DNA from: Paragordius varius
Taxonomy: Eukaryota; Animalia; Nematomorpha
NCBI GenBank assembly: GCA_964247055.1
Contig: OZ176051.1
Coordinates: 5,022,001 to 5,086,000, forward strand
DNA: 64,000 nt
Direction: 5' to 3'
Part shown: positions 38,146 through 50,500 of the stretch, piece after piece
Layout of the letters: every line of letters starts with the position of its first letter
Position numbering within the stretch: position 1 is the first letter of the stretch
Notes under the pieces: generated by a model
The model's database searches: none
What the model was told of the DNA's origin: nothing
What the model saw: only the letters and a program-made list of their open reading frames with translations
Program-made: the position numbers and the translations under genes

Positions 38146-41100
38146 TTAAAACAAACAGGTTTCCGTCAATAAATATCCCAATTCTCGGCTAATAGCAGCT
38201 CTTGTGGATCGAACAGTCAAGCGATACATCTAAAAAATAGAGTGTAAAGGTAAAGCGTAAAATAATTAACTATTTTTTTAATATATATTTGTTCATTATT
38301 TATCATATACTACTAGTTTACCTCATAAGAAGAAAGCATGGCAAATTTGGTTAAAAAAATTATTCAAGCCATTTAAAGGCAAAATTTTAAACAAATAACA
38401 TTGTCTCATTAAAAAAACTTTGCATACGTAATCGCAAAATTCAGGTTAATTTTTTTTAATATAAATAAATTTAATTATACAAGAAATGCTAAAAGAATAT
38501 CTTATTGCAAATTATTGCAAAAAAAATCCATACATTTGTTTTTCGATTCGGTTCAAGTCTGAGTAAACAGCCGATTGGTTGACGAGATTCGGTTGATAAA
38601 ATGCCAGTGGCCACTATATTATCTACATTTTGATCTATATCATCCAATAGCGTCAATCCAAACTGAGAAATCTATCGGAGAAATAATGATTAAAAACCCT
38701 TTAGCTTCTAATCCATATATTTTACAGCAATATACCCTATCGAGGGAGTCCCTTAAATATATTTACAATAATCCAAAAATTTTGAATAAGTAAATCAAAT
38801 CCAATGAGTAAAAATGAAAATGCATGTTGGATGTTCGACTTTTTATTTAATTTACAAAATAAAAAAAGGCAATCATTCTTACATAAAAATATATAAATTA
38901 ATGTAGATACTTTAAGTCTATTGTCTGTAGTATCGATAGGGAGTTGGGCATTGAATATCTTTTGAAATTCTTGGCCAGGACTAACCAAAGCTTTCCACCT
39001 TAAAACGAAATTGTAAACACATAAGATTAAAATTATTAAAACAAAAGGTCTAAGAATTTTTTTCATAAAAATACTTTTCTACCTTGTTATTTTAACCTTT
39101 AAGTGTGGCAATGTATAATGATGTAAACGAGAACACTTTATTTCTTTCATGCGTAATATTTTATATATATAAAATCAATAATGTTTTTATTAATTATTTT
39201 ACTTATTATATTTTGTAACAACACAAAAATTTACAATATAATATCAGAAATACTATAAAAAAATTGACAAAATCAATCGTTATCCAGTAAAATTTATCAT
39301 TTTTTCCCTTGAAGAAAAAAAAAACCTTTGAAAAAAAGCCGGTTGATCCATTTGTGTTTGTGGTGTTTGCGTATCAAAAAATTTGTTTATACACAGGGGT
39401 AAGTAGGTAGAAACGCAATGTAAAGCTGAGATATCAGTTGACAATGCAGGATTCACATCAAAATTATTTTGGTTCCCAGGGCTAAATGGATCAAAATCGA
39501 CAGTTGCAAAAGGGTCAACTTTTTTATTGTCATAATTGTTGGTGGTTTTGTTAAAGGAAACTTCTAACATTATACGAGGTATTGCATATTCACCTTGGGT
39601 GGGTGGAGTTAAAAATTTGAGTGTTGCCTTCTGTTGAACCTGAGATAATGGCTCAATAATGCTGGTAGTTGACGTGTTCAGGGTAGAATTTGTCATAGGT
39701 TCCATTTCACATGCAAAATGTATAATAATTTTGAGGGGGGGATTGATGATAAAAAGTTTGAGTTAAGGAAATAATGTTAAGAAAAAATAGATATGTCCAT
39801 ATATAGAAATCGTAAAATTAATACCACGCAGTTCAATTAAGTAATGTATTTACCCCAAGAGAAAAGGAAATAGCTTGACAAACTAATAATTTCAATGATA
39901 CTGCTAATTTAGCGTAATATAATTTTTTAGTTCTACAATCATGTTTCAAATTATTAAGATCCTTAAATCTTATATATCAGATATTATTTCAATTCCAAAA
40001 ATTATTCATCAATATATTTATAAAAACTCTCTAAATATGTTCTCTCATTCTATCCATCTATACATACACCTATATATATATTATGAATAACTAAAAAGGA
40101 TATAATTATCAGTAACAGTTTGGGCAGATTTCATATTTTGTACATCTATTCCATTGTGCAAATCTAAATTATTTGTTAAGTTTGAGTCAGGTTGATTTGA
40201 CCAAGAGTAACCGCCGGGAACCAATTTAAGTCCCGTTTGAAATGCCGTAATACGTGTGCTTTGAGATTTATTACCATAATATAGCGTGAGTGAAATGGTG
40301 TATGACATTGAAGAAATTGAATTAGGTAATGTACTTGAGATATTTAATTTTGCCCCAATTTGTATAATGTCATCTTCGTAAAGTATGCCAGCATTTTTGC
40401 ATACAAATTTGCCAGCAATCTCGGTGAATGGGATAGATTTCGTCATTGTTAGGGTAGTAGATGGTGACGTTGTTGATTGAGCAGCTAAAAAATAAAAATT
40501 TTACAGTTTTTTTCTCATCAAAAACAATTCCTAACCATAATTTTTGTTTCAGGTTTTTTTTGGAAAGCAACATCAGTTAATTGTTTTATGAATAATAAAC
40601 TTTGAATGAAAAAATACGTAAAGAAAAAATTTCGTATTTAATGAAAAAGTGTTAACGTTAACAAAGTAATAGTAAAAAATAGATTTCATATGCGATGAAA
40701 AAAATATAAAAACCCTTAGATTATTAAATAAACAAAATATAAATTATTATATGTTTTCGTAAAAAACCCATAATATTCAACCTTTGGTAGTAGAATCGTT
40801 TCGATCTGAAAATCGCTGTGCAAATAAATCATTTTCCTGTTTGTTAGAGTTTTGAGAGGAAAAATCTGATATCGTTGTGGTCGGTGCAAATATTTTGGAT
40901 AAAATTTCATTTTCAATCTCTTGTTTTTGATGTGGTAGTATGTCTTTGTCTTTTTTCGTAGGGTCTGTCATAGTAACCATACTGCTATCAAAATCATGAT
41001 TAGGCAAATCATCAGTAGCATTGGGAGAACTGATATTCTATATAACAGTTTGTTTAATTTTTAAAAAGTTGAAGTTAAATTTAGATTTGTAATTAGTTAT

Positions 41101-44100
41101 GACGTAAAATACTATTATATGAGAGATATATTCGTAGAACAAGCCAAAAAAGTCTTATAAAAATTATTAAAATACAAAAATAACATTTTTTCGATCCGCC
41201 TAAAAAAACGTTTTTGTATAAAATAAATCCAAATTAACAAACATCAATACATTTTAAATTTGCAAACTCGGAAATGGTGAATGTTTTGATTAAAAAGTGG
41301 AGATATCGCATATTTAAAAAATAAATTATTAAAGCTTAAATTTTTTATAGAATAAATTTCTATGATATATATATAAAGTACCAATAAATCCTCGGCGCCA
41401 TTCTGATGGCTTGTAGGTATGATCGTTTTCCCAGAAATCGGTGATTTGTGACTTGAACTTATTTTCCTTTGATTGATTGGGGTGCTGCCACTTACTATAT
41501 ATTAATTACAAAAAAGTAAAACAATTATTTAAGGTTTGTAATTTAAAATTTAAATTATATAAATATATATATTATATATATCATATATATAATATATATA
41601 TTCATATAATTTAAAACAATCAATTTTATTTCAAATAAAATACGATATAACCATATTACAATCAATTTTATTTCAAAAATAATACGATACATCATAAAAA
41701 TTAAAAAAAACCGTACGACTATATTGGTTCAGGGTTCCATCAAATAAAAATCAATTAAATGGTTATAAAATTATTATATAGCTAAAAACATAACTATAAA
41801 GTGGCTAAGTAGTCGTAAAAAACAAACTTGATAATTTCTTTTTTCTAAAATATTTGCATGAAGAGTAATGTTGTCAATGTAAGGTTGAAAAATCTTTGTA
41901 AAAAATAGAATTACTGGAAAACAAAATTAGCCTCCGATTCCAGCTGTTACGCCTGAAAAATCCCAAAATTATTATCATAATTAAAGTATAATAATAAGGC
42001 AATATATCCCGCATTTTTAGCCAGATATTTTTTTCCTTGCTACGACTCAATTAGTTGGTTAGTTAGTTAGGTTTGCCTTACATTGCTTTATTAAAATAAA
42101 ATTTAGAATTTTTGTTGTTTTAGCAGCAGAAAGACTATTAATAAAATATCGTTATTCCGTCCTTTTCCCCATTATTTTTAATAATATTTATATATAAAAT
42201 TAATTTATTTTTTTATCATTCTACTTGCCACTCAATTAATTAGTTTGCCTTACATTTCCTCATATTTTCTATATATTATATAAATCAAATTTAGAATATT
42301 TTGTTTTTTGCACATTTTCTATTCCTTATATATATATATATATATAAAATAAATACTTACCTTTCACTCTAACATTAATATTTCGATCACATAATACGCT
42401 TGAAATTTCTTCCAATTAACCCAACTGCTCTTTATTCTTAATTTAATATGGTCGGCCAACAATCCATCTGAACTTAACATTGCCCCTAAATTTTTTCACC
42501 TTTCTTTACTTGGTACTTAATGTATGCAAATGACATAATCATCTTGTCTGATTCATTGGTTGAGTTAAAGCGAACGGTATACATATGGGTTATTAGACTG
42601 AATCAATACGCGGTGTGAAAGTAAACCAAGCAAAAACTAAATTTATTACTTTTGGGGGTCCACAATGAGTCAAAATTTAGATCAAGAAAATCAGGATAGT
42701 TGGCTTTTGAAGGGTAAAGAAAGTTGCAAATATTTGGGAGCTATGTTAAGTTCAGATGGTTCGTTGACCGAAGATATTAATTTAAGAATAAAGAGCAGCT
42801 GGGTAAATTGGAAGAAAATTTCGAGCGGGTTATGCGATCGAAATATTGAAAGTGAAAGGTAAGATTTACAATTTTGTTGTATAACCCTCAATGATGTATA
42901 ATTCACAGACGTGGGGCGTCAAAAAATCCGAAGAAAGACATTTTAACGTGACTGAAATGAAAATGCTCAGAATGATGTGTGGGGTAACAAGAAAGGACAG
43001 AATTGAGAATAGATTTATTCGTGGAAGCACAGATGTTAAACAAACAATGGAAAGAATTTCAAAAAATAGGGTAAGTTGGTTCAAGGACGTGGGCGGCCTA
43101 AAACAAAATGGATAGACACATTAAAGCTAGCAGAATGAAAGTTTAATGCATAAGACGCCATAGATAGAATATGGGACAGGTTTAACCGCTCTCACAAGTG
43201 AAAACATGTAATGTAATAATAATAAATTTTCCCTAATCCCGGTTTTTTTCTGTTGAATATTTCATCTTAAATCAAAAAGTCTTTGGAATTTTACGCTAAA
43301 TATTTCTCCTTGTTACTCAATTTGTTAGTTAGTTTGCCTTACATTTATATCAAAAATTGAAAAAATTTATTATTTTGTTGTTTTCGCAGATAGTTTCTAC
43401 ATTTTGCTACATAAAATTCTAATTTCGATATTCCGCATTTTTCACCAAATTTTTGTTTTTAGCAGTTCTTTTTATAAAAAATTGATAAAATTTAGATATT
43501 TTGTTGTTTTTGCAGATGGTTTTTCGCACATTTTGCTATATGGAATTATTTCGCTATTCCGCATTTTTCACCAAATTTTTGATTATTAGCAGCTCTTTTA
43601 ATAAAAAATTGATAAAATTTAGATATTTTGTTGTTTTAGCAGGTAGTTCGTACATTTTTATATATAAGATTCTAATTTCGCTATTCCGCATTTTTCACCA
43701 AATTTTTGATTATTAACATCCCTTTGTCTAAAAAAATTAATAAAATTTAGATATTTTGTTGTTTTCGCAGATAGTTTTCGTAAAACTTTGCTATATAAAA
43801 TATTACTTTCACAGTTCCGCATTTTTCACCAAATTTTTTATTATTAGCAGTTAAAATTAATAAATTTTTTGCTATTTTTCACCCTTCAAAAGAGAATTTT
43901 GCCTTACATTTTTTGCTATTTTGGGCGTTACTACCACTAGCATTCGACATAAGCTTGGAGAGCAATGATGCCGATGAAGAGTGTTGAGGGAATGGGGGCA
44001 TTTCCTCCAACACGACAGCCAGCACGTCAGGGGAAACGCTTTCACACAGCTTGACATACTCTACGGCACGTTGTTGGATCTCAGGATCCGATGATCGTAT

Positions 44101-47100
44101 GTTGGCGTCACTGTTTAGGACCTGTTGTTGAATTGTTTAAAACATTAATACATGTTTATATGATTATTTGTATTTAAAGTATTATATACCATTTGCACTT
44201 CAAGAGTGTCTTTGAACACTTCAAGTTGGTCCTTGAACATTTCAAGAGTGTCCTCGAACACTTCAAGTTGGTCCTTAAACATTTCAAGAGTGTCCTCGAA
44301 CACTTCAAGTTGGTCCTTTGACTTTTTTGTTTAGTTTTTAACTTTTATCAATCAAATCGTATTCGTTAATCTATTTTATCAGTTTTAACCTATTGTCTAT
44401 TATTTAACATAAATTTTAAATTAATATTAATAATCATTCAGAAACCGTATCTCTTCATTAATTTATTATAAATTATTTTAAATATTATGATTTTAACATG
44501 TAGTTGAAAAACATTTTCTGTGTTTTACAATTTTTTATTAAAAACATTTAAAAGTTATAATTTTGTTAAATTGGAAAAAAATAGTTTAAAACAAAAAAAA
44601 GATATAATAAATACAGAAAATTAGGTTGAAACATTATAAAATAAAAAATAAATGCAATAATTATGGTTAAAAAATTTTAACCAACTTGAAGTGTTCAAGG
44701 ACAATCTTGAAGTGCAAATGGTATATTTGACGTGACGTATTATATTTATATGGTATTATTATTTAAGAGACGCATTACATCTAATCGTAATGCAAGTTAA
44801 AGCACCATTTATTATATGTAAAAAAGGAGAAAATATCATATAACATGGTTAAAATTAAAGTTAAAGTTTGGGACTTAAAAGTAATTTGCGGGTAAAACAC
44901 ATAAGGCCATAAATTACAATTGATTTTAAGTAAATCACAGTGAATCACCCTTCGCCTAATTGAATTACTCTTATACTGATCTGCACTGAAAATAAAAAGA
45001 TCCTAGCTTTTGAAAGCTGTTTAAAGTTAGGTGTATGTTTGCGGGTATTTTGGATCCCTCATAACAAGTGGGTTATTGTGAAAAGCTGAATATTCAAATG
45101 TGATTTTAAGTGATTACAATACCATTTGCATTAAAAGTAGATATGTGATTACCAGCAAAATTTCATCCTTAATTTCAGGGAATAAATTGACAAATTTGAT
45201 GTAGGTAGAGAGAAGCATGGCACGAGTACTATTACTGCACAGTGGGAATTTGGAATGGAGAGCTGTGAATTGTAAGCTAGGCGCTGACCTAGGATCTCCT
45301 GCGATAAGGTTCCCAAACTCACCGAGTATATAGCTAAATAAATTTGAGAAAAAATGATAAATTTTATTGTTTTATGAATTATGTGGTTGTTGATTTTTTG
45401 TTTGTATCTTTGCATTTTTTGACTATGTAATCCATAATAAAAATTTACTAAGTACGATAAAATAATTAATTAATATAAAAATTAATCTAATTTAGCCATA
45501 AAAACATGCAATTAAAAAATTTAGATATATTTTTGGCTCTTAATCTAATTAAAATACCATACAAAAACTGTTCATAAGTTAATGGAATCGATATTGTATA
45601 AATTATGACTACATCTTATATGATTAAAAAACAAATCCAATCTTTTATCGATTCCAGCTTGAAAGCTTTAATAAATCAAAATATAAATTTTTAAAGTAAA
45701 ACCCAAACATATTCGACGTATTATTGCATTTTGCGTCTAATTAAATTAATATTTTATTTAAAATAATAATTTATTTGGAATTTTATAATTATATAAAATT
45801 ACCCAGCGACTTTAATCAAATTTTCATGGCAATAAAAGTAATCCACAACTTTGGCAGCATTGGCAGTTGATGCGGTATTATTTCGAGACTTTATAGGAGG
45901 TCGAACTAAAGCTTCGTAAACAGCTTTCGCCGCATATCCCTGTAATTAAAATAAGTTGAAATTTTTAAAATACGTTGTAAAACTGGGCAAAAATCCTTTA
46001 CATAAAAAATTATTTTTCGGATGATGAATGTTATTGATATAAATTAAAGGTCTCTAACTATCACTTTATTGCGCTAACAATCAATTATTGTTTTATTTTA
46101 AAGAACAGTCATTGCAGGTCAGAAGCAAAGTTAAATTGTCGTTATTTTTTTCAAACTTATAACTATAATTGTAACTCATTTTTTAATTTAACATTTTTTA
46201 CCTTACCCATAAAAATGACATCTTAAAACACTTGGATACAACACATTCTTTCAGTCCTTCGATTCAAATTGGGGTCGTTTGATACCCGAGTCTTGTTTTA
46301 AATGTTCAAGAAATATGAAATGAATTGAAACCATGGCAAAAGTTTGCATTTATATAACATTAATGAACCAAAATATAAAAAAATTCATTCAAAAATACTT
46401 AATATTAATTAAGGTAAAACCCAAAGGTAAAATTTAATCAACATGACATGTGTGCATTGGCTAAATTTAAAAATAATACAAAATACACCACTTTTTCTTT
46501 CTATTAAAGTTAAAGGTGATTTAAATAATTAGTTTTAATTTTAGCTTTAAAATCAAATAAACAAGATAATATGTTAAAATGTTGTAAAATAAAAAGGGGC
46601 AAGTAGTTTGATATGGATTTTTTTCAAAGCTAAATTTTATTTAGATATATAATTTTTGTCAATAATAAAAACAAAAAAACTAACACCGTTCAGTAATTTT
46701 TGTTTTATCAACTTAAAATTGTCCGCGGTATTTAAATCCACAATTTAAATATAAGTGTTAATACATTATAACATCATTTTTTGCGAAAGTGATACTATTT
46801 TTCATAAAAAAACAATATTTTTCAATTACAATTATAAAAAAATTTTACATCCAAAAACAACATTAAAATACTTTTTATTATATAACACACGATTTTTAAC
46901 ATTATTTTTACGTTTATTTTTGATGATGGATGCCTTTGGGCAAAAATTTGAGTTTTTTTATAAATTTATTTTTATCTTTCCTACATTATTCATCCGCGTT
47001 AATACAAATCATCTTATAAAAAAAAGTTAAAAAAGCGTATGGAACAAACGAGATTACCTGTAAATCTTCATGGTTTACAACGACCTGGACGGCACGAAAC

Positions 47101-47485
47101 CAAACCTCATCGGAAACATGATCGCCAGCCATACGGATGAGATTAAGTATAGTATCCAAGTACCAACGCCTATCACTCCCATACCTCTCAGCTAAATCTG
47201 CCATCTTGAGTACGGTTTCTTCGCGTGCCACGTAATCTGCTGGAGCGATACAACCTTCGCCTGTACATATATAAAAAATTATTCTTTTTTTGATTCATAG
47301 CAAATTGGAAGAAGGTAAAATTTAAAAGGCTTTAATTGATATAAGATTTGTTTTTTTTTCGGTTAAAAAAACAAGAATGCATTAATTAAATGTCTAAACA
47401 TAATTGCTTACTTATTGAAAACAATGTATCAAAAAAGTTTTAATAATCATTAAAAAGTAAATACTCACACATTTCCCTATCCAAA

Positions 47486-47525
<40 letters not shown>

Positions 47526-50500
47526 AAAAATCCATCCTTTAAATCATCACAAAAATCAAATAAAACCACACACCTGTCAAATAATCGGACAATTGTTCGC
47601 AAACAAATTCACAATCTGTACCACCTTGAGCACTGCAAGAAGCATAAAGGAGATCAGCAGCTCCACGTCTAACACTGGGATCCCTTTCGTTTCGGAGCGA
47701 GCTTACGATAACATCTCGATTGGAGGACAGATATTTGGATATCAATTCGTTACTCGCTGTATGCAAAAAAAAGTTAAAAAAGACAAAAAAAGTAAGGAAT
47801 CACGCATTTATAAATCAAGTTAAAGTAAATGGCAATAACGTCAATTTTTAAAAATCATTTATATGCGTTATTGCCATTTACTTTAAGTAAAAAAGACGAG
47901 TTTTAACTTTGCAGGATTTAAAGAAAACGCATCATTGCGTAGCTAGGATATGTATGAATCATAAGGTTTAAAAAGTATGCAATAAAAAACATAAAATTGC
48001 ATAAAGAGCCGATAATCTAAACATACTACATAGTTATTTTTTAAAAAGTTAACCATATCATAAAGATATTAAAGGTAATAAGAGTGTTTATAAACTATAT
48101 TCTACCTAAATATGTGCGTAATTCAAAAAAAACGTGAAGATAGATTGTTTTTATTAAAAAGACAACATTGTAAAGAGGTAGGAAATCTTTTTTTTATACT
48201 TGTAACTGATTCCGGATCATTGTTGGAATTATCAATGGATGTTATGAGCCTGAGTAAATTACCCAAACTTTCAAGAGCCAAAAAGCGTAAATTAGTTTCT
48301 CGATGTGATAAAAATTTGGTTAACATTTCACAGGCTCGACCCATTAGGGTTAAATCGGTACATGTGACAGTTCCATTGCTTATCTGGAAGGCACAAAAAA
48401 TTAATTAGTTTTTCTATTAAACTATTTTAAATATTTTTGTGGAAAAAAAACATATTCAAAATAAACAGATCTTTGGAAATTAAAAAACGATTTGCAAACC
48501 TTATTAAATTAATATTAATCATATACAATCAAAACCAGAGATAAAAACTGCGTTTAAAACAGAAATCAAAAAAATTAAGGTTTTATCTGTAAAAATTTAA
48601 AAAAAATAAAATGTTCAAGCCCAATATTGTTAAACATTTAGGAATGTAACTAAAACGCTTACATTTTGGAATAAAAAAACGCATATATATTGCACAATCA
48701 AATAGTTTTTATTTTTTAATTATCAGTTATTATCTATTAAATTAATTTACCAATATGTTATTTAATTTCACTAACCTCATTATTTTTGTCCCATCTCATA
48801 CCATCAGACGTGGCATAACAATGTGCAATCAAATCAATCGCTTCAAACAAAACTGCATTTCGGGCATTACTGTGTTGAACCTTTGTTAAGATTATAGATA
48901 TAAAATCTATTATTTTACTTATATTTTTGTAATTATAAATAACAGATAAATTTTGTTGGTTATATATTATAAATTGTTTTATAAGTGTAACTATTTTAAA
49001 AGATTAATTAATAAATAACTTCTCTAAATTCAATCAAAAAATATTTTGAACATTTTATAATGAATTGGTTAATAAAATAGCTTTTATTGAAATTATATCA
49101 ATATTAAATAAAGAGCACACTTTTTTAGATTTTGCTGGTTCAGCAGCTTTATTGAGCAAAGTTTCCAAACATTCTAAAAGTTTAATTCTGGTGGCGGCAT
49201 CAAAATATGTCGGTGTTTGAAGTGGCCAATTTTGTAGCAATCTAAATGTAAAATAACAGGATTACAAAATTATATGGTAAAACTTTATATTTAGAGTAAA
49301 CTTTAGTGTAATTACATATGACTATTAAAATATCAGGATAAAAATAATTAAATAGGGTTTTAGAAAATAAATTAAATACACGTATCAAACATGGCGTAAA
49401 AATCATTTTTGAACACACATAAATAAGATTTTATATATACTATAATCAAAAAAGTTATTTAGAAAAATATTTTCCCGCAATCGTCACATTTAATTTAATG
49501 ATTTACCTTAAAAGTTGGACACAAAGCCAAGGTGCCGGAACAAAATAGTATGTGTAATCTTGTAAGTCCGTATAAGAGGCTGTCACGATACGTGAAAGTC
49601 GGGAAACGGCCAAGCTCGCACATGCTGAATAATAATATGAATTTATGTTTAGATGTGAGTAGTGTTTTAAAGAAACATTTTTTCTACCAAAACCAATATT
49701 TATTAATAAAGCAAAAAAATTTTCTTTCAAAAAGAATAACAATATGTTTATTAATCAAAATTTATAACCAATATTTTTTTATATTAAGCAGCAAAATACT
49801 TTCATTTAACACTGATTAACATACATATAAAATTAATATCTATTACATTGAAAAATAATTTTGAGTTTTTATTTTAGTTTTTAGTGTAAAATTATTGTCT
49901 TTAAAAATAAAAGCGAAACATTCGCATTTAAAAAGAAACATATAAATCCAATATATAGCAATATTTAAGATAAAGTACTTTTTTAAAAACAATATTTAAA
50001 AAGTATACATATAAAATTAACACTAATTACATTGAAAAATAATTTTGAGTTTTCATTTTAATTTTTAAGTAAAAAACAATTTTGAGTTTTAGTCATGTCA
50101 TTTTTAGTGTAAAATTAATGTCTTTAAAAATAAAAGCGGAATATTCGCATTTAAAAAGACATATAAATCCAAAATTTAGCAATATTTCAGATAATAATAA
50201 ATATTTTCCAAAAACAATATTTAAAAAGTATACATATAAAATTAATACTAATTACATTGAAAAACAATATTGAGTTTTAATTTTTAGGTAAAAAAACAAT
50301 TTAAAGTTTTAGTCATGTCATTTTAGTGTAAAATTGATGTCTTTGAAAATAAAAGCGAAATATTCGCATTTAAAAAAAGACATATAAATCCAATATTTAG
50401 CAATATTTAAAGTTGATAAAAGTAATAACTTTTATATTCGATCGGGTTCCGTGATACCAGTTCATTTATAAGGCTACATGCGGCAGTAACCACACCCAAA

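Noticed and set aside
43404-43716. Phe/Ile-rich ORFs resembling membrane proteins
   Set aside because: They are translations of the AT-rich 127-bp tandem repeat in an AP2A intron.
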